NCBI GenBank assembly: GCA_004431415.1
Contig: QPMI01000479.1
Location: 62,001 to 126,000, forward strand
Origin: Cyanophora paradoxa CCMP329
Lineage: Eukaryota; Plantae; Glaucophyta
DNA length: 64,000 bases
Direction: 5' to 3'
Part shown: piece after piece, positions 38,601 through 51,675 of the stretch
Layout of the letters: the number at the start of each line of letters is the position of its first letter
Position numbering within the stretch: the first letter of the stretch is position 1
The notes under the pieces: generated by a model
What the model saw: only the letters and a program-made list of their open reading frames with translations
The model's database searches: none
What the model was told of the DNA's origin: nothing
Program-made: the position numbers and the translations under genes

Positions 38601-41600
38601 TCCTCGTTGGGCCCCGCTGAGGCGGGCGCGCAGCTGGCGTCGAGCAAGCAGCAGGGCCTGGAGCGGCCAGGCGACGCGGACGCGGACGGGGCCGGCGGCG
38701 GCCCGCGCGCAGCCCTCGCCAAGGCCAAGGGCCGCGGCCTGGTCCGTGAACCTCAGATCTGATCTGATCTGATCTGATCTGATCTGATCTGAATCGGGGG
38801 GTAGAGGGAGGATCTGGACGGGTACTTCAGCGACGGGGACGGCTCCGACGCCGGCGGCCCGAAGCGGCGGCGCGCCGGCAAGGGCGACTGGACGCAGAAG
38901 GTGCCCCTACCCCCTCCGCGTCCCGCCCCTCGCAATCTCCAGTACCCCCCCCCCTGACCCTCCCCTTCCCCTCCCAGGAGCGGCAGAAGGTGCTGAAGGC
39001 GCTGAAGGAGTACGGGTACGGCCGCTCGCAGGAGTTCCCCGCGCTCTGCGACATCACCACGCACTCGGTACCCCCCTTAACTTCCCCCCCCTCCCTCGAC
39101 CCTGACGGCGCGCAGGCGGAGGACTGCGAGGGGTACGCCCGCGCCTTCCTCAAGATCGTCGGGCCGGTGCGCCCCCCAAAAGCCCCGCCACATAAGATCC
39201 TAGACTAGACTGTATCTCCCCCGGCGCGCCCCCGGCGCGATGCCGAGCGACGCTGAGCGACGCCGCTCTCAACCGCCGCCGCTGACGACGACGCCGGCCC
39301 TCCCCTCCCCTCCCCTCCCCGAAACAGATGGAGGCAGACGTGTGGAAGAAGATCGTCCACTTCGTCCCCGAGATCGCCGCCCCCTCCCGTGCGCCCGCCC
39401 GCTCCGGAGTTGCAGGGCGCGGGAAGGGGGAGGGCACCTCAACCCAAAAGGGAAAGGGATCAAATCAGAGGAGGGATCTTTAAGCCCGGTCGCAACGCTT
39501 CGCTCCGCCGCCCACCGCCGCCCACCGCCGCCCACCGCCGCTCACCTCCGCTCACCGCCGCCACCCGCCACCCGCCGCCCGCCGCTCACCGCCGGCGGCA
39601 GCGTTCGATCGGGACGCGTCGCTGCGGGAGGAGAAGTTCGTGGCGGGCTTCTCGGGGGACGGCAAGAAGGAGGCCGGCCGCCGCGCCGAGATCCTCACGG
39701 TCAGATCGCTGCCTCCGGCGCCGCCGGCCCCACCCGCTTCCATAGACGGGACTAGACGGGATAGAAGCAGGGATCGCTCTAGTCCGGCCATCTCCTGCTA
39801 GCGCCCTCATCAAGCGCCCACGTCCCCTAGCCGGCCGCAGCTGCTCGACCGCGAGCAGCCGGCCCCTCTCCCACCCCCTCCCTCTCCTCGCTCCCCTCTC
39901 CCGCCCCCAGCGGCCCGTCTGACGGCTCCCCTTCCCCCCGGCAGCACGTGGGGTGGCTGGCGGCGGCGGAGAAGCTCGTGCGGGACTGCCGCGCCCGGGG
40001 CGAGGACCCCGCCTCCAAGGTCCCCTCCCCACCCTCCCAACCCATCAACCTCCAACCCCTCGCCTAACCTCTTCTTCTCCCGCTCTCTCAGCTGCCGCTC
40101 TCGTTCGTGAAGAAGGGCCTCCCCGTGCCGGGCTGGGTCCTCGCCGACGACCGCGCCCTCGTCCTTGCCACGTCCGCCCCCGCCCCGCCCCGCCCCTCCG
40201 CCCGCCAGAAAGCTAGAGCGAGAGCTAGCCGGGGACTAGATTGAGGCCTCGGCTGGCTCCATACGGGGGCGCCCCACCCCGCCCCGCCCCGCCCCTCTAG
40301 GCTAGTGAAAAGGCTCGGCCGCTCACCTCGCCTCGCCTCGCCCCGGCTCACCGCCCCGCCCCGCGCGCAGGCTGAAGCACGGGATCGGGAACCACCGGAC
40401 GATGTGGGGGGACACCGACTGCGCCTTCCCCTGCCGCCCGGCCGCCCTCTCCCTCGCCTCCTCCGTGCGCCCCCCGCAAGCCCCGCCCATCCATCCTAAA
40501 ACAGGCGCCCTTTACTTTAGAGGTCCTTTGCATACAAGTCCTTTAGAGCCCGTCGCCTAGAAGAGCCTCTCTCTTCCCCCCGCCGCCTTTCTCTGCCCCC
40601 CGTTGCCCAGGTCCCTCGCCTCCTCCGTGCGCCCTTTCCGAGGCCGCCCGCCTCCCCCTCCCCACCCCTCCCCCTCCTCCGCCCTTCCTCTCTGCCCGTC
40701 GCACAGAAGAGCCCCATCCCCGCCCGAGAGCTCGGCCCCTCGCCTTCCCCTCTGAGGCCTCTAGAGCCCGAGCCCGTCGCCCACGAGGGCCCCGCCCCCG
40801 CCCTTGCCGAGGCCGCCGGCTTCCGCCCTTCCTCCCTCCCCTCCGCCCCGGCTGAGCCCCCCGCAGGACAGCCTGAGCACCAAGTTCTTCGCGGACCTCG
40901 CCAAGCGCGCCAAGGTACCCCCGCCCGCCCCTCCCCCGCCCCCGCCCCCGCCCGCCCTCCCGTTCCATTCGATTCGGGAAGAAACCGGCCGCACTGCGGC
41001 TAGTTAACACGGCTGGAGCGAGCCGCCCCCGCCCGCCGCGCGCGCCGTACCCCCCTCACGCCTCGTCCCCCCCGCAGACGCTCTTCCTCGGCATCTACAA
41101 CGGCACCATCGTCTTGAAGCCCGGGTGCGCCGTACCCCGCGCTCCCCCCCCCCCTCCCCGTCCACCCTTTACCCCATGAATCACCTTTGAATTCCCCCAT
41201 CCTCGCCCCGCATCGCCTCGCCTCCCGCTCGCCCTCCCCTGGCCCCTCGCATAGCGCGCGGGTCCTCCCTCCTCCCGCCCCGGCAGCCTGCCCTCCTAGA
41301 CGGGGCCCGCCGGGCTCCGGCTCGCTCGCTCGGGCGCCCCCGCCCCGCCCCGCTTTCTTTCCCCTCCGACCCGGCCAGAGCCGAGCCGAGCCGAGCCCGT
41401 CCCCGCCCCTCCTCCCCCCCCGCAGGTCGACGCTGGGGAGCCTGAGCCCGAACCCCAAGGCCTCCAAGAAGGAGAAGAAGGACAAGGACAAATCCAAGGA
41501 GGACAGGGACAAGAAGGATGACAAGGACAAGGTGCTTCCCTTTGCTTTGCTCTGTGCCTAAGGGAACGCCCGCTCCTTGTCGCCGCGGTGCCTGATCAGG

Positions 41601-44317
41601 ATGGGGGTGCAGGGGTCGGAGGCGGGCCCCTCGAAGAAGCGGAAGCCGCCGCCGGAGGCCGTCACAGTCGATTCGGACTCGGAGGTGCGCTAATTTTAGC
41701 TCACCCTCAGTCCCTTTGTGGAGAAGAAGCAAGGGAATGTATGTATGTACGTATGTACGTATGTGTGACGCCGGCCGCGGCAGGAGGAGCGGCCGACGCC
41801 GAGCAAGAAGGCGAAGGGCAAGGAGGGCAACGGCGACGAGGGCAAGGCCAAGGCCAAGGACAAGGAGAAGAGGAAGGAGGAGAAGGACAAGGAGAAGAAG
41901 GAGAAGAAGAAGACGCCCGAGAAGGAGAAGAAGGAGAAGGAGAAGCCCAAGGTCCGGGCTCCCATCCCCCCCCCCCCCCCCCCCCCCGCTCTTATAGCGC
42001 ATACCGTGCCCCAATCTTTCCTCTGTACCCCTAGACAAACCTAGACCTGCGCCCCGCTCGAAACCCGGGGCCCTGCTCTACCCTTCATCTCTACCCTCTA
42101 CCCTACCCTCTGTCTACTCAAACAAACGCCCCGACGTACCTCTAGAGCCTCTGTACCCCTAGAGCCTATAGAGCGCCCTAGAGCCTCTGTACCCCTAGCG
42201 GCGAACGAAACGGCGCTCTAGGGCGTCGTTTCGTTCGCCGCTGCGCCGGTGACCCTCGCGATCGGTCTTCGCCCCGGCCTCCCTAACCCCGGGCCCCGCA
42301 GGAGAAGAAGAAGACTCCGGAGAAGGAGAAGAAGGAGAAGGAGAAGGAGCGCAAGACGCCCGACAAGAAGGGCGGCGACAAGGCCAAGGAGAAGGACAAG
42401 GGCAAGGAGAAGGACAAGGCGCGCCCCGACCCGATCCCCCGGCCGCGTGCATATGCATAGACGGGCCCCAAGGCGCTTCGGCGGTTAGAGGGTGGGGAGA
42501 GGACGGCGGTTACACGGGATCCTGGGCTCCGACCCCGACCCGCCCGCGTGCATATGCATAGACGGGCGCTCGCCCGGGGCCGCTTCCGCGGTTGGAGGGG
42601 GGGCGGGGGTACCCCTGGGGGTACACGGGGTCTTCGGCTCCGAGCGCCGTCCCCAACCACGCCGCCCTCTAGTAGTAGAAGGATTGGAGCCCGGCCGGCG
42701 TTCGCCCTCTTATAAGTCGCGGGCCGGCGCGTCTGCGCCCCGCGCGGCGCCGTCCCCACGCACCCCGCCCTCTAGAAGGATTGGAGCCGGCGCTCGCTCC
42801 TGGAGCCGCGCGGGGCGCTGAGGCGGCGGCCCGCCGCGCAGGAGAAGAAGAAGGGGACGCCGGACAAGAAGGCGGACAAGCCCGACAAGGTCCGACCCGA
42901 CCCGCCCCCCCCCCCCCCCCCCCCCCCCGCCCCCGCCCCTCGCCCCGAGCCAAAGCTAGGACCCGCCCCGCCCTGCCCCGCTCCGCCTCCCCGCTTCCAA
43001 ATACCTCTATTCCTGCCCCGCCCGCCCCTCCTCGCCCCGCACCGCCCTACCCCGCCCCTCCTCGCCCCCGGCCGTCGCCTGACGCCCCGGGGCGCCCCGC
43101 AGCAGAAGGAGCGACCCTCGGGCGCCTCGGACAAGCCGAAGAAGCCGGCGCCCCCGCCCAAGAAGCCGGTCCGCCCCTTCCACGCGGCCTAGCTAGTTTG
43201 GGCTGGGCTGGGCTGGCTTCACAGGGGACTAGTCTAGCTAGGATCGCCGGGCTAGGCTCAGCTCTTGCAGAGCGCTAGGCCGGGCCGGGCTGGGATGTGA
43301 TCGCTAGGCCACCCTCGCCACTCTCTAGGGCCCGCTTTCGCGAGCTGGCTAGGCGTGCAGGGGGCTACCAGCGAGGGCTAGGCTCGGCTGGACTTGGAAG
43401 GGGGGCGCTCGTTCCCCGCCCCGCCCCGCCCCGCCCCGCCCCGCCCCGCCCCGCCTCACGCGCGCCCCGCTCGGCTCGGCGCGCCCGCAGGCGACGACGG
43501 CGGACCTGCTGGCGCTGAAGGCGAAGGGCTCCTCCTCCTCCGCCGCCGCCGCGGGCCCCTCCTCGTCCTCTTCCAAGGTCCGCCGGGGCCGCAAGAATGA
43601 AATCAAATCAAAACTTGCTTTAAAATACAATGTGATTAGAGATTAATTTAAAGTAAAGGTCCGCCGGGGATATATACAATGTAATGTGGTTAAACATAAT
43701 TTATAATCCTCGTCCTCCCCCAAGGTCCGCCGGGGCCGCCGGGGCGGGGCGGGAGGGGGGGGCCTGGGCGGGGCGGGAAAGAGAAGAGAATCAGTAGAGT
43801 GAAGCCGAATCTGAATCTGAGGCGCCGCCCGCGCTCAGATGACGCAGCGGACAATGGACTCGTTCGTCGCCAAGAAGAAGGTTCGCCCGCCCTTAGTTTA
43901 CTTGAGCTCTTTCAAAACACGCGCTTTTAAGCTTGTTTGCTCAAGCCGCGCGAACTCTGTCTGACTGGCGTGGCGTGGGGCGCGCATGCGCAGGACGAGA
44001 AGCCCAAGCCCAAGCTCCCCGCCTCGGACCCCATCGCCGCCGGCTCCGAGACCGAGGACGAGCGCGCCCCGGCCGTGCCCGTACCCCCCAAGGCCTCCTC
44101 CTCTTCCTCGGAGGCGAAGAAGGAGGCCGTTCCCAAGTCCTCCCCCCCAAAGAAGGACAAGGAGGAGGCCAGGAGGGAGGGCGCGGGGGGTACCCCGAAG
44201 AAGCCGCAGCCGGCGCCGCAGGCGTCGCCCAAGGGCGGGGGCAAGAAGGAGGAGGCGAAGGCGGCGGCGGCGGACAGGGCGGAGAGCGTCGACAGCAACA
44301 GCGAGACGGACGAGTGA
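29316..44317 (+). CDS. CHD-family SNF2 chromatin remodeller (CHD6-9/Kismet-like), many exons
   Basis: Two chromodomains ([16 protein letters not shown]; [22 protein letters not shown]); [91 protein letters not shown]; K/E-rich tail. Confidence 0.93.
29592..29642 (+). repeat. (CAG)n polyglutamine tract in CHD exon 1
   Basis: Visible CAG run encoding [17 protein letters not shown]. Confidence 0.9.
38756..38790. repeat. (GATCT)7 intronic microsatellite
   Basis: Seven tandem GATCT units. Confidence 0.9.
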
Positions 44318-45017
44318 AGGGCGGCCGGATCGGAGGCCCAGGCCTGCGCCCTCCTTTCTCCGTCTCTCCCTAGGCAGTAGGTTTAGCGCAATCGAACCTT
44401 GACCTGTAATCATGCATGCGCGCGGCATGGACAATATGTAGGTTGCATCAATTCAGCATCCCTGAGCACGTCACGGCGTCGGCCTTGCGAGGCTGTTGCG
44501 CTGCGATCGGTGGGAAGAGAGCTTTAGCTCGAGGCTAGCGAAGAGAGCTTCCGGTCCGCCATCTGCATCGAGCTGCTTACTGTCTCTGCAGCTGGGGCTC
44601 GAGCTAGCTTCGACTTCCTCAGGTGGACTTCCGAAGTTCCTCTCGAGCTGCTCCGGATCCCCTTAATTTAGTTCCCTCTGTACCCCCTCAGACCGACGCG
44701 AATTCGAAGCAGCGCGTTGAGCGGACGCTCGCGGCGCGTCGGGGCGCACGAGAAAGTCGCGGTGGAGCCGCGGGAGAGTACTGGCCGTGCCGCGCCTATC
44801 GAATTCGCGTGCGGATCGGACACCTCGATCTCCGTCAACGCTATCCTCTCGAAGACGGTGCGGGCAGCCTCGCTGCGCAAAATGACGCTTTAGCCGGTCT
44901 GTGTTGCATTCGCATGGCGCGCTCTGTCCTGACCATTTCGAAATTCGCAGCCAGCTGCAGCGTCGGCTCTTTTCCTCAGCGGAAGCCAAATAAAGAGAGC
45001 GCGCGAACGTGCTATCG

Positions 45018-48000
45018 ATGTCGGGTCCGGGCTCCTCTCGCGACCAGGTGAGCGCAGCTTTCGGCTGCACTTTTCGCGCGATTCGCATCCGAAGCGCGAA
45101 ATCCGTCTGCAGAATGCAAGGCGGGCGCCGCCTGCACCGGTACCATCGAGTACGAGTGACAGCCAGGAGCAGCTGCAGCTGCAGCTGCACCAACTACAGC
45201 AGCACGCCATCTGTCTCAAGGATCAGATTAAGAGCTTGGAGGGCAGCCTGCAGCGAGAACAGCGCTGGGCCGACGAACTTGAGCGAAAGCTGAACGTAAC
45301 AGAGACGCAAGCTCGCAATCAGTCCAAGCGAGCATCGGATGAGGCGGCAACCCGCCGGCGGGCGGAGGACAGGGCGGTAGAATTCTCGCGCCGCGCGCAG
45401 GGGGCCGAAGCAAAGCTGGCCGACGCCTACAAGGATCTTCGCGCGGAGCGCTCGTCGGCTGTGGTCGACGCCAAGATCGCCAAGGAGGAGCTGGACAAGG
45501 CGAGGACAGAATCGAGGCAGCACCAGCTTGCCTTGAAGGCTTCGGAGGCGGCAGCCGTGGCGGCCAAGTCGGAGCAGAGGAAACTAGCGAATGACCTGGC
45601 GGCGTCGCGGGCCGCGCAGGCGGCCGCGGAGGCGGCGGCCGCGAAAGCGACGACGGAGCTGCTCCAAGCACGCTCTTCGGCCGCCGCGGAAGCTGCGTCC
45701 GCCAAGACCGCCAAGGAGGAGCTGGAGAAGGCGAAGTACCAATTGGGACTGCATGAGCTGGCGTGGAAGACTTTGAATTCCAGACTCGGCGAGGAGCGAA
45801 CGCGGCGCGAGGCGGCGGAGCGGCGCGCAGAGGAGGCGGAGGCGGCGGCCGCGGCGGCGAAGGCGGAGCTGGCGAAGCAGGCGGAGGACCTGGCGGCGGC
45901 GCGGGCGGCCGCGGACGAGGCGAAGTCGCTGCGGGGCGGGTGGAGGAGGCGGAGGCGGTGGCCGCGCGCCTCGCGGCGGAGCTGGAGATCGCGCGGGCCG
46001 CGATGGCGCTCCGCGAGGAGCGGGGCGCGGCGCGGGCCGCGCGACCCTCCGCGGCCGAGACCCGCCGCCGGGCGATCTCCGTCTCTCCGCCCCGGGCAGG
46101 CGAGGCTCGCGGAGTCCCCGAGGTGCGCTGGGGAGCCAGAGAGTTCATTAGCAACTGCCATATCTAATTCTGTTAGTTCATATCGATATCTAATTTATTC
46201 TGTCTCACCGATCATTATTTGCAATTGCAGGTCGTGGATCTCGACACTCCGGCCAAGCCGGCACCCGTCGTAGCGAATTCGAAGCGGCTCAGCGTGTCGC
46301 TGCGTCTGCGCGAGCCGATGCCGCGGGCGTCGATGTCGCGGGCATCGTTTTCGCGGGCGTCAGTCTCGCGGGCATCATTTTCGCGGGCGTCGATTTCGCG
46401 GGCGCTGGTGAGCGCTTCGGAGATCCCGCCGGCTCTGTCTCTCTCGCGCACGCAGCTGACTTCAGCTTGTCGACAGCGGAGCAGCATCCGAGGCGAGAGC
46501 CCTTCGCGCCGCGAGCGGCCGCGAGCATCCAGCGCGGACCGGGGGCCGGCGGCGGGGCCCCGCGGGCGCCTGAGCGCCATCCCGGCATCGCCCGCGGCCG
46601 CGCGAGACGGATCGCGATCGGGCAGCCCGCGCAGCTGCGTCTGCTGTACCCCGAGCTCGAAGGCGTCCGCGGCCGGCGCCGGCGCCGGCGCCTGCGGCAA
46701 AGTAGACCCGACCCATGGCCAGTGCCCCCGCCCGGTCCAGCCGGCGCCGGCGCTCGCCGCGCTCGAGCTCGAGCTCGAGCTCGGCGAGCTCGAGTCGACG
46801 CCTGTTCGGCCGGCCCGCGCGCGCTCCGAGGCGCCTGAGGCGACGCCGGCTCGCGATCGGCCAGCGCCGGCGCCGCCCGCGGCTGCGGCGGCGGCGGCGG
46901 CGGCGGCGAATTCGAATGCGCATGCGGAGAGGCCGAAGCGTCCGCGCTCGAGCCCGCCGGCGGCCGGCCGCCACCGCTCCGTTCTTTTCGCGGGGAGCGA
47001 GCCCGATCGCGGGGCGCCGGTCCGCGTTCAGCCGGCGGCGTCTGCGGCGGCGTCTGCGGCATCGGCCCCGCTGGCGTCGCCCGCGGTCGTCCAGGAGCAG
47101 AAGCGCCGGCGGCGGCGGCACTCTTCCGTGTCGCCGCCCCGCGGCGCCGGGCGGAAGCTCGATCGCGACCGCGACGCGGAGCGGGAGCGGGAGCGGTCGC
47201 GGGAGGAGCGGCGGCGGCGGCAGGCGCGGATGAGCGCGCGGGAGTGGCGCGAGGAGCTGGATCGCCTCTTCGCGCTCGAGCTGGAGGACCGCACGCGGGC
47301 CGAGTGGCTCGCGAGCGCCCTGGAGCGGCAGCGCGAGGCCGAGCGGCGGCTCGCCGACCTCGAGGAGCGATGCCGCAGGGACCACTTCCCCGCACTGTGC
47401 GCGCGGCTCCTAATTTCTTCCAAGCTTCAACTTTCTTAAATTTATTCGCGCCTCTCATTCTCTCCATATATGCATTGATTGATACATGGTCGCAAAACCC
47501 CTATCGTGATATCGATGACCCTCGAGCTCGCGATATCGATGACCTCGCGATATCAGCTTAACCTCTCTTGAATTTCTTAGCGCAACTCATTAATGTTCTC
47601 TTAACGACCTCGCAGGTACCGGTACTACTACGACATGCGCGGGATGATCAACCGCCCGAACGAGGCCCGAGCTCGCGCCGCCACCGCCCCCGGCCCGGCC
47701 CCGCCTCGACCCTCGCCTTAAATTTCGCGGCGCAGGACGAGGGCACGATCTACGTCCTCCTGGACACCAACGTCTACCTGCACGAGGAGAAGGTCCGCAA
47801 TTGCAAGTCCCGGCACCGGTTCGGCCGAGCCGCTGGAAACAGCTGCGCGTGGGGAGGGGGGCAATATGATTTCTTATCTTCGACTCCTGCCTGGCCGGAC
47901 CTATCCGAGCAAATGTAATTTGGTTTTTGAGAAGGCCGCCAGGTCCGCGAGTGGGAGCGGCTCCTGCGCTACGCCGCCCGCGGCGTCCTCCTCATCGTCC

Positions 48001-50405
48001 CCCGCGTCGGTGCGGTCTTTTACATCTACCTGATCGTGATCGTGAACCTAGGTGTACATGTGTCCCGCGCGCGAATTCGATCCCGCGGCCGATCGATCCC
48101 GCGAAATCAAACTATAGCTAAACGCGGTCGGCCGCGTCCTGTCGGCCCGGCCTCGAATGCAGTGGAGAAGGAGCTGGACAAGTACCGCCAGAAGGCGTAC
48201 ATCAGCACCAACCCCCGCGAGCGCGAGGCGGTCCGCTCTCTCGATCTCCAGATCTAAATTTGATTTCGATGACCCTAGATTTGATCTAGATCTAGATCTA
48301 GATCTGAATTAATATTTGCGGATTCGAATTATAGCTGGAGGTTGAAAGCACCCACGATTGATCACGGATTCAATGTATATGTACCTCCTGCAGGCGTGCC
48401 TAGCTATAGATCCAAGATACCTCCCGCTCCCTAGATCAAGATTTAATTCGATCTGGATCTAATTCGCCTCGGGCAGGCGTGCCGGGCGGTGGCGGTGATC
48501 CAGGAGCACATGGCGGGGGGCCGGGCCTTCCCCGCCCTCCGCGTCGCCCTCCCCCACGAGCAGGTGCCCGCGCGCGCTTCAAAAGCTTAAGATAGGTCAA
48601 TGGGTAAAAAGATAGGTCGAAGTCAAAGATAGGCGCGGTGCCCCTTCGCGCCCAGGCCTTGAGGTCGAAACTTAAAGACAGGAGGCCTGGGCCGTTGTCC
48701 CGAGCCCCCGGCCCCGCCCCTCCTGAAGCCCTCCCCCACGAGCAGCTGGCGGTGGCCGTCGACGCCGGGCGCCCCCGCAACAGGTCAGCCTCCCGATCGG
48801 GCAGCAGCTTGCTCGACTCGTCGAGCCCGAGCGCGCCTAGTTGTCTACTTTAAGCTTGCCCCTGCAGGGGTGGGTAGCCTATAGCTAAAGCCTCATGATT
48901 GATATCATATAAGGCGGAAGCTTAAGGGCCCGGGGCGCTGCTCGAGCTCGCTCGACTCGTCGAGCGCTCTACCCGACCCTCTAACCTCGCCCGGCGCGCC
49001 CGGCCCGGCCCGCGTGCGCGCGCAACAGCGACGACCTCATCGTCGACACCGCCGCCTACTTCGCCGCCGTGCGCAACGAGCCACTCCGCCGACACGCGCG
49101 CATCTGGTCTGGTCTAGAGAGCGCACGGCGGCGATTCCCCCGGCCCTCCCATGGCCCTCCCTCCCCACCCTCGCCTCCCCCGATATCGATTCCCCCCGCT
49201 CACCTACTTTAAATTAAATCCCTCGAGCTCGCTTCGCTCCTACACCGCCGCCTGCTTTGAATTTGCCGCCGTGCGCTATAGCTCGCGACTGGCTTCACTT
49301 GCGATCGGAATCATAAAACCTAGCTATAGCGCGCGGAGCTTAAGAATTTATAAATCACGCATATCTGACAGGCATTCGAATTCAGATCGCGGCGTCGCCG
49401 GGGCACGTTCTTCTTGTTACATTCGACAAGGTGCGGCCGTGCGAGGGGGCCGGGGGGGCGCCGGCGGGCTGACCATGAGCGCTACCTATTTCTCTGGACA
49501 CGTTATAATTAACCGGGGCCAATCACCCGAATTTCGCATGGGATGTTCAACTGATCATGAGCGGGGGGGCGGTCTAGCTATATATAGATGCGGGCGATCT
49601 AGATCTGAGCGCTAGCTTCCCTCTAGATCTAGCCATGGACCAGGTAGTCGACTGCAGCTGGCCATGGTCGACGTCTCGCGATATATAACACCGATCGGAG
49701 GCTCATGATCATGACCGGCGGCTTTGATTTTCGAATTCGCCGCAGGGGATGTTCAACCGGGCGGCGGCGGCCGGCCTCCGCGCCGCCCCCGAGCTGCGGA
49801 GGGCGATGGCCGACCTCGGCGCCGTGCGCACTTAAGCTTCGAATTCGAATTCGAATTCGATCTCGGAAATTAAATTGCAATCGATCTAGATGCATGATCA
49901 TGAACTATAATTAGCTTCTATATTATTCGATTATCATGGCATGCGCACTGCGATTTAGCTGCTGCCTGTACTCGGAAATTAAATTGCAATCGATCTATAT
50001 GCATGATCATGAACTATAATTAGCTTCTATATATATAATTCGATTTTAAACTGCAAATTGCATTCGATCGTATATTCATAGCAAGCATGCAATAGCTCAT
50101 AAATTACGCGCTGCGATTTAGCTGCTGCCTGCGCGCGCTCCGATTCGCCATCGACGTCGACGCAAATTGCGATGCTTAATCAACCTATATGCATTAATAA
50201 GCTTCGATTTCATAAGATATTAATATTAATATTGCGAATTGCAATCGATGACATAAGCGTCAATTAATCAATATATATATATATACGTACGCGTGTACTC
50301 CCTACTCCCTGCGCTAACGCCTGCGCGATTCCGCCGACATCGATGCAGGTGGTCGACCGGTGGTCGATGGCGACGGAGGATCGTCGCGGGATGCTCCTCC
50401 CGTAG
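45018..50405 (+). CDS. Long coiled-coil protein with C-terminal PIN ribonuclease domain (Swt1/SMG6-like PIN), multi-exon
   Basis: In-frame splice DHFPAL|YRYYYD links the coiled coil to exons YVLLDTNVYLH, LIVPRVVEKELD, NSDDLIVDTAAYF, VLLVTFDK|GM (D,E,D,D). Needs one extra G in the run at about 45935 (probable homopolymer error). Confidence 0.7.
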
Positions 50406-50583
50406 CTATATTATATAAAGGGCGCAATTGAGGTTGCATTGCCTTCTAGGTTCCCTAAACATGAGCCCAGGAGAACCTGAAATGCGAAACCCGAATTTGA
50501 ATTCATGCATCGAATGAAGCATATATATATACGCATTGCGCATGCCGCTGCAATTCGCAAGTACGGCGAGATCCTGCTAAAGA

Positions 50584-51205
50584 TCAATTAGTATTGTGAG
50601 GACTCCCGCATCCCCCCCCCCCCCCCCCCCCCCCCCCCCCGCCTTCCGAGAACCTGGCCCGTGCAGCCGCCTCAGATCTAGATTCTAGATCTAGATTGTC
50701 GCGGCACCCGGATTCCGTCGGAAGCACGTCCTCGTCGCGCCACAGGTACATCTTGATGATGTCCGACACACTCCTAGAGTCTGGCGCGCAATTTAATCCC
50801 AGCACGCATCCTGGCGTCCCGCTGTTGTTCGCGCGCGCTCGCGATCGGAATCAGCTTCTCAGGTGATCGGTCGGAAGGGCACGTCACGTATACGTAGAAC
50901 ATTGGTATGTGTGCCGTGGTACCCCGGTGTGCCAATGTGATGTCCACTTTTAATTTGCAAAAACAAAAAAGGAATCAGCTTCTCAGGGTCGCGGGCGATA
51001 ATGCACAGGATCGAGATTAAGATATCGATGCAGACCTGAGTAGCCGAGATGCCATCCCGGAGAAGCTCCTCGAGCGTCGGCCAGTCCGGATCCCGGAGCC
51101 GCAAGAAACTTCTCCTGCAGGCCGTTACTAATTATAAGTTATCTCCGAGTCGAGGTGCAGAATGAAGTAGCTAGACCATTTCTCGAAGCCGCCAGGGCAG
51201 GACAT
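50584..51205 (-). CDS. Small hypothetical spliced gene
   Basis: GT-AG joins keep the frame: MSCPGGFEKW|RSFLRLRDPDWPTLEELLRDGISATQ|WTSHWH..CST|GTPGCVLGLNCAPD..PTESG. No homology recognised. Confidence 0.3.
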
Positions 51206-51580
51206 CTAGATCTTGAGGTCCGCTGAGGCTATAGCTAGAGGTGTCGATCGCGCGATATCGATCGCGTGCGCGATATCGATCGCGAGCTCTTATGTATATA
51301 ATTAATTATAAGCTTCCGGAACAGAAGCTTCAGCGCTGAGGTATACGTACGTGCGCTTCGCCGAGGCGAACAGAAGATCGCGCCCTGCTGCAAGTTAAAA
51401 TTATAATTACCCGTATTATGGGCCGTATACGCGTAGCCGGCGCACTGCGGCACTGCCGCACTGGCCCAGTGGCGGCAGTGCGGCACTGCGGCACTGCGGA
51501 TCGAAGGGGGTAGGGGTAGGGGGTGGCCCGCCCGGCCCCAATTGCAAAAGCGAAACTGACGTATAAACGGACCAGAAGAG

Positions 51581-51675
51581 ACACATATTGAAAAACGAAT
51601 TTAAATCCCTCGTTCATCTCGATCGCTTCGCGATCTCGATTCACTCTGGATTTAAATTCGTTTTTCAATATGTGT
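51581..51675 (-). repeat. 95-nt terminal imperfect palindrome (hairpin), copy 1
   Basis: 28-bp perfect arms 51581-51608 / 51648-51675, a 12+12 partly paired segment, GATCGC/GCGATC stem and 3-nt loop. Confidence 0.95.

Noticed and set aside
7005-50405. Apparent cluster of chromatin and RNA-surveillance genes as an antiviral island
   Set aside because: Ordinary intron-rich housekeeping families in mixed orientation; no evidence of functional linkage.
51330-51668. 112-aa ORF across the host/element junction
   Set aside because: Runs through the palindrome into host repeats; chance ORF.
51581-51675. Helitron 3' end, Polinton TIR or rho-independent terminator
   Set aside because: No CTRR end or short subterminal GC hairpin, no AG-type TIR start visible, no U-tract, and 1.2 kb from the nearest stop codon.
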